Shown here piece after piece: positions 13,315 to 27,636 of a stretch of 64,000 nt of DNA. How positions within the stretch are numbered: the first letter of the stretch is position 1; each line of letters opens with the position of its first letter. Source of the stretch: Octopus sinensis. Lineage: Eukaryota. The notes beneath the pieces are model-generated. The model had not been told where the DNA came from. It saw nothing but the letters and a program-made list of their open reading frames with translations, and ran no database searches. The position numbers and the translations under genes were made by a program. Location: NCBI RefSeq assembly GCF_006345805.1, contig NC_043024.1, positions 2,542,001-2,606,000 of the forward strand. Reading direction: 5' to 3'.

Positions 13315-15003
13315 CTATAGCGTGTGAACGTATTTGTGTTTAGTTAGGGTTTGATTCTGAGAGAACGATTCTCCACAAATATCACACTGATAAGGTTTCT
13401 CTCCAGTGTGAATGTATTTGTGAGTAGTTAAGTGGTGATTATGAGAGAATGATTTACCACAGATATCACAGTGATAAGGTTTCTCTCCTGTATGAATGTA
13501 TTTGTGTTTAGTTAAGTGGTGATTATGAGAGAATGATTTACCACAGATATCACAGTGATAAGGTTTCTCTCCTGTATGAATGTATTTGTGAGTAGTTAAG
13601 TGGTGATTCTGAGAGAATGATTTACCACAGATATCACAATGATATGGTTTCTCTCCCGTATGGATACGTTTGTGTTTACTCAAGTGGTAACTTTGAGAAA
13701 AAGATTTACCGCAAATATTACAGGGATAGGGTTTCTCACCTGTATGAATGCGCCTATGAGTAATTAAATGATGATTTCGAGAGAATGATTTACCACAGAT
13801 ATCACAGTGATAAGGTTTCTCTCCTGTGTGAAGGTATTTGTGAGTAGTTAAGTGCTGATTTTGAGAGAATGATTTACCACAGATATCACAATGATATGGT
13901 TTCTCTCCTGTATGAATACGTTTGTGTTGAATTAACTGACTACTTTGAGAGAATGATTTACCACAGATATCACAATGATATGGTTTTTCTCCTGTATGAA
14001 TACGTTTGTGAGTGGTTAGGTAGCAATTTCTAGAGTATGATTTACCACAGGTGTTACAGCGATACGGCTTGACACCTGTGTGAATGTGTTTATGTGTGGT
14101 CAAACGAACCTTTTCAGAGAATGATTTACCACAGATATCACAATGATAAGGTTTCTCTCCTGTATGAATGTATTTGTGTTTAGTTAAGCACTGATTATGA
14201 GAGAATGATTTACCACATATATCACAATGATAAGGTTTCTCTCCTGTGTGAATGTATTTGTGAACAGTTAAGTGGTGATTTTGAGAGAATGATTTACCAC
14301 AGATATTACAGTGATAAGGTTTCTCTCCTGTGTGAATGTATTTATGAGTAGTTAAGTGGTTATTTTGAGAGAATGATTTTCCACAGGTATCACAATGATA
14401 TGGTTTCTCTCCTGTATGAATACGTTTGTGAGTGGTTAGGTCACTATTTCCAGGGAATGATTTACCACAGATATCACAATGATATGGTTTCTCTCCCGTA
14501 TGAATACGTTTGTGTTTACTCAAAGGGTAACTTTGAGAAAAAGATTTACCGCAAATATTACAGGGATAGGGTTTCTCACCTGTATGAATACGTTTGTGAG
14601 TGGTTAGGTCGCTATTTCTAGAGAATGATTTACCACAGATATCGCAATGATGTGATTTAACCACAATGTTGATGCATTTGTGATTAGCTAAGCTATGATT
14701 CTGAGAGAATGATTTACCACAGGTGTTACAGCGATATGGCTTGACACCTGCGTGAATGTGTTTATGTGTGGTCAAACGAACCTTTTCAGAGAATGATTTA
14801 CCACAGATGTCACAGCGATAGAGATCCTCTCCTGCATGGAAACATTTGTGATTCGTCTGTTCATCTTTGAGAAAGAAGGACTTGTTGCAGACATCACAGT
14901 GAAATGATGTTTTCCCTTCTTCTTCTGTTTCATCTTCAGTAAAATCAATCCTTAACGACTGTGTATTACATATAACCTCATTATCACGTAATCCATTTTC
15001 CAT
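13315..15003 (-). CDS. Poly-C2H2 zinc-finger protein, copy 2 (562 aa, about 18 fingers)
   Basis: Same N-terminus as copy 1; ends HTL*(TAG) inside a linker. Confidence 0.92.
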   Translation of the reverse strand: MENGLRDNEVICNTQSLRIDFTEDETEEEGKTSFHCDVCNKSFFLKDEQTNHKCFHAGEDLYRCDICGKSFSEKVRLTTHKHIHAGVKPYRCNTCGKSFSQNHSLANHKCINIVVKSHHCDICGKSFSRNSDLTTHKRIHTGEKPYPCNICGKSFSQSYPLSKHKRIHTGEKPYHCDICGKSFPGNSDLTTHKRIHTGEKPYHCDTCGKSFSQNNHLTTHKYIHTGEKPYHCNICGKSFSQNHHLTVHKYIHTGEKPYHCDICGKSFSHNQCLTKHKYIHTGEKPYHCDICGKSFSEKVRLTTHKHIHTGVKPYRCNTCGKSYSRNCYLTTHKRIHTGEKPYHCDICGKSFSQSSQLIQHKRIHTGEKPYHCDICGKSFSQNQHLTTHKYLHTGEKPYHCDICGKSFSRNHHLITHRRIHTGEKPYPCNICGKSFSQSYHLSKHKRIHTGEKPYHCDICGKSFSQNHHLTTHKYIHTGEKPYHCDICGKSFSHNHHLTKHKYIHTGEKPYHCDICGKSFSHNHHLTTHKYIHTGEKPYQCDICGESFSQNQTLTKHKYVHTL

Positions 15004-15966
15004 TATTTTTCTCCTCTCGCCACAAAGTCCAAATGTCTTTCTTTTTTTTTATATTCTATTCCCCAGTTATTTCTGTTGCTTGAAATGCTTAGTGGTATTT
15101 CGTCTGTCTTTTTGTTCTGAGTTCAAATTCCACCGAGGTCGACTTTGCCTTTCATCCTTTCAGGGTCAATAAATAAAGTACCAGTTTCACACTGGGGTAG
15201 ATATAATCGACTTAATCGCTTTGTCTGTCCTTATTTGTACCCTCTATGTTTAGCCCCCTAGGGGGCAATAAAGAAATATATATTTCCATCAACTTTAATC
15301 ATTGTCAATATCTGAGGGGGCTGCCAATTCCTTTGCAATCCAGGTTTAATTGGAATACATGATTGGTTTTCTTGCACCTATTCCAGGCAGTAAAGTACAG
15401 AAATGCTGCTAATAATCACACACCCAAAGAAAATCTTTTACAATTCTATAATCGATTTATATAAACAGGGTAATATTTCTTCTGTGTAGCATCTTAGTTT
15501 CATCTCAAAGAATATATCATATATATTCGTGATGTGTTCGATGTAAAATCTTCTTTTATGCTAAATATCCTCTCTGATACTCTGAAATAAAAAAGAAATA
15601 ATATGAGATATAGAATACACTTGAAAAGTAAAGATTAAATAATGAAAATTCTATTACGTTTTTATACTGATAAACTGGAGATATAAACCTTTAGCTGGCC
15701 AAATAAACGTTAACACGTCAGTCTGACAAACAAACAAGGAGATTATAAGGTAGTTAATGGGATGTGCTAAAAATAATAGCTAAATAGCTCTAAAATCACG
15801 CAGCAATTTTTAAAATTTCGTTTAGGTTTTTGCACAATCCTATGAATTACAGATTCGCAAGAGTTTTCTAAAAATTCCCCAAAAGTTTTGAACCAACAAA
15901 GAATTTATAATTTACATCTGCTGTTTGTTTGTTGAGCGAAGCGGTCTTCGTCCCAGAGCTCGCAAG

Positions 15967-16275
15967 TTTAAAGGCCGTGGACTGAAGATGTGAAATTTCC
16001 GAAGCCTCTCCCCAACCCCCCTTTCGCGACGGCGCATTTTTTTCATGATAGTCGTTTAGAGCAAGTTGTTTTACACCTATTACGCTGTTTTTGTTTTTGT
16101 GCCCGGTTCAGACGCTTTCGGAAATTCCCGATATAAATATTCCGAGGCCTCTCCCCCAACCCCCTTTCGCGCGCGCGAATTTTTTTTTCCACATTCGTTC
16201 ATAGGAAGTTGTTTTACACCTATTACACACATTTTTTTTTTGATTTTCTGATATTTGTTACGCCCTATATTAACC
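15967..16275. mobile_element. Right-TIR remnant of the same foldback element in copy 2
   Basis: Matches 29120-29586 with an internal subrepeat deletion. Confidence 0.85.
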
Positions 16276-16522
16276 CAGCATTGGCCAACACCTAACATAT
16301 GACGTTAAACAAATATAAAGTCTGAACCAATTAATTTTGATAACAATAACCGGCTGATAACGTTATCCGCTATTCCGATTGACCGCCACTCCATTCCTGC
16401 CCAGCCTACATCAATACACAACAAACTACGGCATTTCTATAAATCGCAGTATTTGCTATACAACGTCTTCAATCAGATCGTATTCCTCTCCAATATATAT
16501 ACATATATATATAATAACTTAC

Positions 16523-16623
16523 CCTGATGCTTAATAAATAAATAAATATTTATTTACTTTCGATTTCGTCTCCAAAGAATTGAGGAAACGTGACAGGCCG
16601 GAAGTAAGGTGCGTCATGTGACT
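16523..16623 (-). promoter_or_regulatory. Predicted promoter/exon 1 of copy 2
   Basis: Same ETS/CRE/E-box block and donor. Confidence 0.58.
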
Positions 16624-17413
16624 TAGACTCTTTAATATATGAAACCACAAAGAGTGCTGCTGACACAAAAGCGAAACTAAGAAGGAAGGGGGAACGTAAT
16701 ATTGTTGTTGACTATCACCATGGTTACTGTCTCAGCGGAAGGCTCATGGCTCGGTGGTTAGCGCATCGGGCTATCAATCGCGAGTTAGTGAGTTCGATTC
16801 CCTGGATCTTTTCGTTTTGACTGGCAGATTTTAAAATAATTTCTTTGCAACTAAACACTTTTAAACTTAAGTACCAGTTATGCACTGGGGTCGATGTAAT
16901 CAACTTAATCCCTTTGTCTGTCCTTGTCTGTTCCCTCCTATCTTTTCCGTTTGAACAGCAGTTTTTAACATAATTTCTAGGTAACTAAACACTTTTAAAC
17001 TTCGTGTAATGGTAGAATTTGTTACATAAAACATCTTTTTCTCTTGGCTTTCTTCAGAAAATTCTGTAGTTTGTAAGCTATAATTATTGCTGTTGATAAA
17101 CTACGGCAGATATTGTATTCACCTCAATAGGCGTCATTGATTGGTTGAAATTGCCGAAATGCAAGAAATTAAACAACAAATAGCTTACAAGCTACAGAAT
17201 TTTCTCAAGAAACCCAAGAGAAAAAGATGTTTTATAAACACATTCTACCAGTATACGAAGTTTAAAGAATAAGTCCTGGGGTCGATTTAATCGACTAAAG
17301 GCGGTGCTCCAGCATGGCCACAGTCACATGACTGAAACAAGTAAAAGAGTAAAGAGAGATAGATAGATAAACAGGTAGATAAATAGGTCGGTAGATAGAT
17401 AAATAGACAGATA

Positions 17414-17472
<59 letters not shown>

Positions 17473-20183
17473 TAGATGGATAGACAGATAGAAGCAGATC
17501 TTCCTTCGAAAAGGACGATTCTTTTCTTCGGCTTTAAAGCTTCAGCAAAATTGCTTTGAGTGTTCATGTTGGTGGTGGTGGCCATGTTTATAGCAGTATG
17601 GGTTGTCTTTACTTCTTTCTTTCTTCTAAGGCCAGACTGGCAGTGTTTGTAGTGAGTGCGCGATTTGAATATAGAGGCACCTACCTCATCTTCGTAGTGA
17701 CGGAGACCCTCCAGAGATGACTAGTCCTTCCTCACAGCCCCGACCCGAGCACTAACGATAGCAGCAGCTAGCCCAAACCCTTAGCGACGTCCTCACACGT
17801 CTTCTCACCTCCACGACCCACGTTGGAAAGGGCAATTTCCGCTCCCTGCGCACGCCTGACAGCTGACCCCTTCCGCTTGCCCAAACTTCCGGTCAACGCA
17901 CCCAGCTGATGACGTCATCGAACAGTTTTCTGTGTGCGTTCAAGCGGAACAACTTCCTTTTCAGACAGATAGATAGACAAGCAGATAGATAGGGTACTAC
18001 TTGAGAATAGTGGTCCCGGTGCGCGCACTCACGCTAGCTAGTCGTGACTGGTCGATACTACGACTAGCTAGCAAAGTAAATGCTACACAAAATAATTTTT
18101 GTTAAAATAAATAAAACACAAAAACACAAAGTAAGGATCGACTAGTCATGACTAGCTAGCGCGGATGCACGAGTACGCGAGTGCGCGCACCGGGAACACT
18201 CTTCTCAAGTAGTACCGATAGATAGACAGGCACAGATATGCTATAGAAATAAACTTTGACGTACGCACCTTGAAGTTTTCCAGTGTTAAAACTTTCTTTG
18301 GAAGTTGCACGTCATCTTCAGCAGGTGCTTCGTGTGTGTGTGTGTGTGTGTGTAGGCAGAGGACGGCCGAATGGTCAAGAAGATCCCTTAACAACCACGA
18401 GGTCCCTCGTTCTGTCCTACTGCGAGACACTTTGGGCAAATAACACTTTCTGCAGTGTCCAGTTGACCTGAATGAAATCGGACAGAGGGGAAAGTGCTGA
18501 ACCCAGGAATTCCAAAGAGGTCAGCTTCGGGTCGCAGAGGTTCTTGTATGATTCCAGCGGAATCCTCGAAGACTCACGGGAATTCCGGAGCAGGGGATTC
18601 AGTTGGTCTTACACCTGAATCCTCAACGGCGAACGACGGGGATCCACGATGTATAAAAATGTCTGTTTAGTTATAGATGGAAATGGTGAGGATATTAAGA
18701 AATGGTTAATAGCAAAATGTGGGAAATAAAAAAATGGAATGGGCAGCCGAAAGGAAAACGAAACAGTGAAAGAAATTATATAACTTTGTTTAAGTAATTT
18801 TTTATTTAGTCCTTCCTTTTTTCTGAGTTGTGCGTTAGATATGAAATCATTCGTATCTAATTCCGGTCTCCCAATAATTATCAGTTATAAAGTGGAATTG
18901 ATCAAGGAATAAAGATTTGTATGAAACTATAGCAGGAAATAAACGGAATTTGCAAGACTGAACGGTTAATAGACGAGGGGAAGTAACTCTTCTTTCAACA
19001 AAAGTCTTGAATATTTTTATATAGCTTCGTGTTTAAATGACAATTAATTAATTCAACAAATTATTAGAAAGGATCACAAAAGTACAGCCCCTAAAATAAC
19101 TGCAGGGGTTAATCACCGCCTCAAGAACCCAGTTTCCACAAAAACTTTTTGCTGGGAGCTGCACAAAGCCAGATTTCAAGGGAGGGCTGCAATCAGAAAA
19201 CCACTACTTTCAAAAACAAACGTTGCAAAGCGTTTAGAGTGGAGTTAAAACCTACGGAATTGGTCCCTAGAGCAGTGGAAGAATGTTATTTTCTAGGACG
19301 AGTCATCCTTTACCTTATTTCCGACAACCGGCCGAGTATACGTGTGAAGAGAGCCAAAAAAAGCATTTGACCCAGACTGCCTTCTTCCAACTGTTAAACA
19401 TGGAGGAGGATCTGTGATGATCTGGGGAGCTATATCTTGGATATCTGCCAGCCCAATAGTTCCCCTTCATGTCAGAATTAATAGTCAAGACTATTTAAGC
19501 ATTTTATCTGATCAAATTCATCCTATGGTAGGGGAACTGTTTCTGGAGAGAAACGCAAGCTTTCAGGATGATAATGCACCAATTCACACGGCTAAAGTTG
19601 TCATTGAATGGCACGAGGAACATTCATCAACCGTTTCAAAGTAAACATTAGTCCTTGCTCTTTTTAACACAATAACTTCTGGTATTTCATATACAGCAGA
19701 TCTTTCCTTCTATGTTTCCAACAAGAGCTCCGCTCGAAACGTTAAACCCTCCATCTTTTCTGAGCGTCAAATAATACTATATTTGTTCCACGTCCTCGCG
19801 TTGTTGTGTTTTTTTTTGTGCTTTCTTGTATAGATTAACTATATATATACATATATATATATATATATACATATATATATGTATATATAACCGATCGTAG
19901 CCGCTGCCAGACTCACCTGGCACCTGTGGCGGTGGAATGTAAAAAAAAAACCCTACACTCGCGGAGTGGTTGGCATTAGGAAGGGCATCAGGCTGTAGAA
20001 ACACTGCCAGATCACACTGGGCCTGGTGCAGCCTGCTGGCTTCCCAGACCCCGGTCGAACCGTCCAACCCGTGCTAGCATGGAAAGCAACGATCATGATG
20101 ATGATGATATATATACGAATTAAAATTCAGGAAACACAGAAGTAGCATTAATATAGTTTATTAACTGCAAAAATTCAACATGT

Positions 20184-20265
20184 ACACTTACAGCTGTTTC
20201 GATTTTGCTCAAAAGCAATTCCAATAATTAAAACATTTAATTGGGCAAAATCTCATCAGAGGAAT
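20184..20265 (-). ncRNA. Hammerhead motif, unit copy
   Basis: Identical core to 10661-10742. Confidence 0.65.
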
Positions 20266-22073
20266 GAAAAAGACATATCGTTAGGTTATCACATGTTATT
20301 CTTCCAAAACATCTCAATAGACTAAAACCTTTTTTAATTACTAATATTGGTATAAATCTTGGCCAGTGGGTAACAGGTTGTATAAGGGTAATAATCTTTA
20401 TATATATAAAACTGAGAATGTGTGCCTGTCTGTCTGTGTGTTTCCCTTAAACTTGTGAACTACAGAACCAATTTCATTCAAATTTTACACATGCCTTACT
20501 TAGGGTCCATGTAGTTTCATGGGCAAAAAAAAAATGTTCAACTTCTTGCCTAGAGCGAGCCCATAGCAATATCTTCTTCATTGTTTCAGTATTACATGTT
20601 AAAAGTGAAACAGAAATATTTCTTTATTTTATGTCAGATGCTTTCACTTTAACAATAAAAATAATAACAATTGAATTATATGTAGTAAGTAATAATTAAA
20701 ATCAAACTAAAGTATAGTATAATTGTAACATACAAAAGTAAAAATAGCAATTGGTATAAAATTGCATCAATGATTTGAACTTGAATAAGTGGTTTCACAT
20801 GAATGGGAATAAAGTAAAAATATAATTAGCGTGCAGAAATGGAATAGTCCAGAAGGATAATACAAAATTAAATTAAGAAAAGACTATTGTCTATAAATTA
20901 TACAACGTAGAGAAAAAAGAAGAGCTAACAATTCCAGTCTGTTATATATTTTGAATATTGTTATCACTAGCGATATCAAGATATAACTTTGTATTTTGCA
21001 TTTTATGTGTAGATGTATATAGATAGATGTACATGTAATATGTACACATATATACATGCACTAGCACTATGACCCGGCAACGACGGGTCTTTAATGCTAG
21101 TTGGTAAATAAATGGTAGATAGTGAGTTATATTTCTCACTATAATTATTTTATAATGTATCGATTTAATTATTTTCTAATTTATCTATATCAGTTCAATC
21201 AATTTCTTTAACAAAGTTATAAATGTGATCACGTTGTTCTCTCATTCATATGATACTATTTTTACTATAACTCACTAATCTAACATTTATTTAATGCGGT
21301 TTCGATTCCCAGACCGGACGTTGTGTGTGTTTATTGAGCGAAAACACCTAAAGCCCCACGAGGCTCCGGCAGGGGGTGGTGGCGATCTCTGCTGTACTCT
21401 TTCTTCCTGCTTCTTGAGTAATGCGGCGATGGACTGGCCAGCTGGTGGTGTAACACATATGCCACAGAAACCGGGCCCATGAGCCTGGCTAGGTTTGTAA
21501 AGGGCGCATAAATAAATAAAAATAATAAATATACTGGCATTTAATAAAACTGTGTAAGAGAATAATTCACCACAACTCAATTGCAAGAAGCACTTCCATC
21601 AAGTTAAGCTATTTATTCGAGAGAATGATTTAATAGAGGTGCAGGAGTGGCTGTGTGGTAAGTAGCTTGCTTACCAACCACATGGTTCCGGGTTCAGTCC
21701 CACTGCGTGGCATCTTGGGCAAGTGTCTTCTGCTATAGCCCCAGGCCGACCAAAGCCTTGTGAGTGGATTTGGTAGACGGAAACTGAAAGAAGCCTGTCG
21801 TATATACGTATACATATATATGTATATATGTGCATGTGTTTGTGTGTCTGTGTTTGTCCCCCTAGCATTGCTTGTCAATCGATGCTGGTGTGTTTACGTC
21901 CCCGTCACTGAGCAGTTCAGCAAAAGAGACTGATAGAATAAGTACTGGACTTACAAAGAATAAGTCCTGGGGTCGATTTGCTCAACTAAAGGCGGTGCTC
22001 CAGCATGGCCGCAGTCAAATGACTGAAACAAGTAAAAGAGAGAGAGAGAGAGAGTAATAGAATTATCACAGTG

Positions 22074-22830
<757 letters not shown>

Positions 22831-25188
22831 CTATAGCGTGTGAACGTATTTGTGTTTAGTTAGGGTTTGATTCTGAGAGAACGATTCTCCACAAATATCA
22901 CACTGATAAGGTTTCTCTCCAGTGTGAATGTATTTGTGAGTAGTTAAGTGGTGATTATGAGAGAATGATTTACCACAGATATCACAGTGATAAGGTTTCT
23001 CTCCTGTATGAATGTATTTGTGAGTAGTTAAGTGGTGATTATGAGAGAATGATTTACCACAGATATCACAGTGATAAGGTTTCTCTCCTGTATGAATGTA
23101 TTTGTGTTTAGTTAAGTGGTGATTATGAGAGAATGATTTACCACAGATATCACAGTGATAAGGTTTCTCTCCTGTATGAATGTATTTGTGAGTAGTTAAG
23201 TGGTGATTCTGAGAGAATGATTTACCACAGATATCACAATGATATGGTTTCTCTCCTGTATGAATACGTTTGTGAGTAATTAAAGGATGATTCAGAGAGA
23301 ATGATTTACCACAGATATCACAGTGATAAGGTTTCTCTCCTGTGTGAATATATTTGTGTCTAGTTAGGGTTTGATTCTGAGAGAATGATTCTCCACAGAT
23401 ATCACAGTGATAAGGTTTCACTCCTGTGTGAATATATTTGTGATTAGTTAGGTTTTGATTCAGAGAGAATGATTTACCACAGATATCACAATGATATGGT
23501 TTCTCTGCTGTATGAATACGTTTGTGAGTGGTTAGGTTGCTATTTCCAGAGAATGATTTACCACAGATATCACAATGATATGGTTTCTCTCCTGTGTGAA
23601 GACGTTTGTGAGTGGTTAGGTCGCCATTTCTAGAGAATGATTTACCACAGATATCACAATGATATGGTTTTTTTCCCGTATGAATACGCATGTGTGTAGT
23701 CAACACAACACTCTGAGAGAATGATTTACCACAGATATCACAGTGATAAGGTTTTTCTCCTGTGTGAATGTATTTGTGAGTAGTTAAGTTGTGATTATGA
23801 GAGAATGATATACCACAGATATCACAATAATATGGTTTCTCTCCTGTATGAATACGTTTGTGAGTGGTTAGGTCGCCATTTCTAGAGAATGATTTACCAC
23901 AGATATCACAATGAAATGGTTTCTCTCCTGTATGAATACGTTTGTGAGTGGTTAGGTCGCCATTTCTAGAGAATGATTTACCACAGATATCACAATGATA
24001 CGGTTTCTCTCCTGTGTGAATGTATTTGTGAGTAGTTAAGTGGTGATTTTGAGAGAATGATTTACCACAGATATCACAATGATATGGTTTCTCTCCTGTA
24101 TGAATACGTTTGTGTTTAATTAAATGACTACTTTCAGAGAATGATTTACCACAGATATCACAATGATATGGTTTCTCTCCTGTATGAATACGTTTGTGAG
24201 TGGTTAGGTCGCCATTTCTAGAGAATGATTTACCACAGATATCACAATGATACGGTTTCTCTCCTGTGTGAATGTATTTGTGAGTGGTTAAGTTGTGATT
24301 TTGAGAGAATGATTTACCACAGATATAACACTGATAAGGTTTCTCTCCTGTGTGAATGTATTTGTGTTTAGTTAAGTCTTGTTTTCGAATGAATGATTCT
24401 CCACAGATATCACAGTGATAAGGTTTCTCTCCTGTATGAATGTATTTGTGAATAGTTAAGCTGTGAATATGAGAGAATGATTGGCCACAGATATCACACT
24501 GATATGGTTTCTCACCTGTATGAATACGTTTGTGACTCGTTAGGTTTTGATTCTGAGAGAATGATTTACCACAGATATCACAATGGTATGGTTTCTCTGC
24601 TGTATGAATACGTTTATGAGTGGTTAGGTTGCTATTTCCAGAAAATGATTTACCACAGATATCACAATGATATGGTTTCTCTCCTGTATGAATACGCTTG
24701 TGAGTGGTTAGGTCGCTATTTCCAGAGAATGATTTACCACAGATATCACACTGATATGGTTTCTCTCCTGTATGAATACGTTTGTGAGTGGTTAGGTTGC
24801 TATTTCCAAAGAATGATTTACCACAGATATCGCAATGATGTGACTTAACCACGATGTTGATGCATTTGTGAATAGCTAAGCTATGATTCTGAGAGAATGA
24901 TTTACCACAGGTGTTACAGCGATACGGCTCGACACCTGCGTGAATGTGTTTATGTTTGGTCAAACGAACCTTTTCAGAGAATGATTTACCACAGATGTCA
25001 CAGCGATAGAGATCCTCTCCTGCATGGAAACATTCATGAATCTTCTGTTCATCTTTGAGAAAGAAGGACTTGTTGCAGACATCACAGTGAAATGATGTTT
25101 TCTCTTCTTCTGTTTCATCTTCAGTAAAATCAATCCTTAACGACTGTGTATTACAATTAACCTCATTATCACGTAATTCAATTTCCAT
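22831..25188 (-). CDS. Poly-C2H2 zinc-finger protein, copy 3 (785 aa, about 26 fingers)
   Basis: Paralogous ORF with the same HTL*(TAG) end as copy 2. Confidence 0.93.
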   Translation of the reverse strand: MEIELRDNEVNCNTQSLRIDFTEDETEEEKTSFHCDVCNKSFFLKDEQKIHECFHAGEDLYRCDICGKSFSEKVRLTKHKHIHAGVEPYRCNTCGKSFSQNHSLAIHKCINIVVKSHHCDICGKSFFGNSNLTTHKRIHTGEKPYQCDICGKSFSGNSDLTTHKRIHTGEKPYHCDICGKSFSGNSNLTTHKRIHTAEKPYHCDICGKSFSQNQNLTSHKRIHTGEKPYQCDICGQSFSHIHSLTIHKYIHTGEKPYHCDICGESFIRKQDLTKHKYIHTGEKPYQCYICGKSFSQNHNLTTHKYIHTGEKPYHCDICGKSFSRNGDLTTHKRIHTGEKPYHCDICGKSFSESSHLIKHKRIHTGEKPYHCDICGKSFSQNHHLTTHKYIHTGEKPYHCDICGKSFSRNGDLTTHKRIHTGEKPFHCDICGKSFSRNGDLTTHKRIHTGEKPYYCDICGISFSHNHNLTTHKYIHTGEKPYHCDICGKSFSQSVVLTTHMRIHTGKKPYHCDICGKSFSRNGDLTTHKRLHTGEKPYHCDICGKSFSGNSNLTTHKRIHTAEKPYHCDICGKSFSLNQNLTNHKYIHTGVKPYHCDICGESFSQNQTLTRHKYIHTGEKPYHCDICGKSFSLNHPLITHKRIHTGEKPYHCDICGKSFSQNHHLTTHKYIHTGEKPYHCDICGKSFSHNHHLTKHKYIHTGEKPYHCDICGKSFSHNHHLTTHKYIHTGEKPYHCDICGKSFSHNHHLTTHKYIHTGEKPYQCDICGESFSQNQTLTKHKYVHTL

Positions 25189-26788
25189 TTTTTTCTCCTC
25201 TCACCACAAAGTCCAAATGTTTTTCTTTTTTTCTTCTTTTTTTTTATATTCTATTCCTCAGTTATTTCTGTTGCTTGAAATGCTTAGCGGTATTTCGTCT
25301 GTCTTTTTGTTCTGAGTTCAAATTCCACCGAGGTTGACTTTGCCTTTCATCCTTTCAGGGTCAATAAATAAAGTACCAGTTTCACACTGGGGTAGATATA
25401 ATCGACTTAATCCCTTTGTCAATCTTTGTCCCGTCTATGTTTAGCCCCTTAGTGGGCAATAAAGAAATATATATTTCCATCAACTGTAATCATTGTCAAT
25501 ATCTGAGGGGGCTGTCAATTCCTTTGCAATCCAGGTTTAATTAGAATACCTGATTGGTTTTCTTGCACCCATTCCAGGTGGTAAAGTACAGAAATGCTGC
25601 TAATAATCACACCCAAAGAAAAACTTTTACAATTCTATAATCGATTTATATAAACAGGGTAATATTTCTTCTGTGTAGCATCTTAGTTTCAACTTAAAGA
25701 ATATATCATATATATTCATGATGTGTTCGATGTAAAATCTTCTTTTATGCTAAATATCCTCTCTGATACTCTGAAATAAAAAAGAAATAATATGAGATAT
25801 AGAATATACTTGAAAAGTAAAGATTAAATAATGAAAATTTTATTACGTTTTTATACTGATAAACTGGAGATATAAACCTTTAGCTGGCCAAATAAACGTT
25901 AACACGTCAGTCTGACAAACAAACAAGGAGATTATAAGGTAGTCATAGGATGTGCTAAAAGTAATAGCTAAATAGCTCTTAAATCACGCAGCAATTTTAA
26001 AAATTTGGTTTTGGTTTTTGCACAATCCTATGAATTACAAATTCGCAAGTGTTTTCGAAACATTCCCAAAAAGTTTTGAACCAACAAAGAATTTACGATT
26101 TACATCTGCTGTTTGTTTGTTGAGCGAAGCGGTCTTCGTCCCAGAGCTCGCAAGATGGAATAAGTCGGAAACGTGGTCCTTTGCTATTCGTAAGACCCGC
26201 AGAAGAGAAAGCAGGTCAGCCTCCCCGACACCGAGAGCATCGACGGATGAATGAATGCGCATCCAGGCTTGGCGGTGGCGTAGGAAGTCGGGGGACAAGA
26301 AACAGGAAGAAAGAGAGAGAGAGAAAGTTGGGGCAAAAGAGTACAACAGGGGTCGTCACCACCCTCTGCTGGAGCATGGTGGAGCTTTATGTGTTTTCGC
26401 TCAATAAACACACACAACGCCCGGTCTGGGAATCGAACCCGCGAGTCCGCTGCCCTAACCACTGGGCCATTGCGCCTCCACTTACATGTGCTGTATATGA
26501 AATACCAGAGGTTATTGTGTTAAAAAGAGCAAGGACTAACGTTTACTTTGAAACGGTTGATGATGATATATATATATATTTATTGTCCACAAGGGGATAT
26601 ACAAAGAGGGGACAAACAAGGACAGACATAGGGATTAAGTCGATTACATCGAACCCAGTGCATAACTGGTACTTAATTTATCGACCCTGAAAGATGAAAG
26701 GCAAAGTCGACCTCAGTGGAATTTGAACTCATAACGTAAAGACACATGCATTTCGCCCGTCGTGCTAATGTTGCTGCCAGCTCGCCAC

Positions 26789-26823
<35 letters not shown>

Positions 26824-27636
26824 TTTTATTTTATTTTATAGAAGGAGCTTCTACAGTACTAGAACTGTTTCATGCAGATGAAATAGTTCTAATCCTGTAG
26901 AAGCTCCTTCTATAAAATAAATTACTTTACTCTGCTATGTATTGAGTACCTTATTTACTGTGGTTAACCCCGACTCATCCCGGGACCTACATATATATAT
27001 ACATATATATTGGTAAAACGGTAAGATAACAAAAGAAATAAAGAAAGAGACCTCAATATTATGTAAATAGAGGAAATTTATCTATAAAATAATATGTTAC
27101 AGTTGCTCAATAGTGAAGATAAAACTCTGAGTTTCAGATGCCGAAGTGGAAATCCACAACACCATCTCTTCGGTTATCTGGCCATCTGAAAAAACGCTAT
27201 GAAAAAATACCGTTATGTAAAGGGAAATTACTGTATTATAATTCTGCGCGCGAAAACCCACGTGCGTACTTATACGTCACTATGGAAACATACACATCTT
27301 CACTCGCATTTTTCGCCAAATATATACGCATATATATACAACTCATACACACACACATGCGTACCGTAAAAGTTCATACATACGTCTATATACGCACAAA
27401 CACAAGAAAAACCATGGTTAAAGGTAACAGAAAAAAAATATAATAAGGAAGTATACAAAGCATAAAAACCACGTTCATATACGGACATGCCCCTATGCAC
27501 TCATACACACACACACGCCCGTATATGTACATACCCGCACATATTTATATACGCATACATACACACGCATATACAAAAAATGAATATATATATGTCCCCT
27601 CCCCACAAAAATTGGAAAATACTAAGTAAAAACGTC

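Noticed and set aside
22831-25188. Regular repeats with variable inserts resembling a CRISPR array
   Set aside because: The 84-bp period is the C2H2 finger coding unit; eukaryotic context and no cas genes
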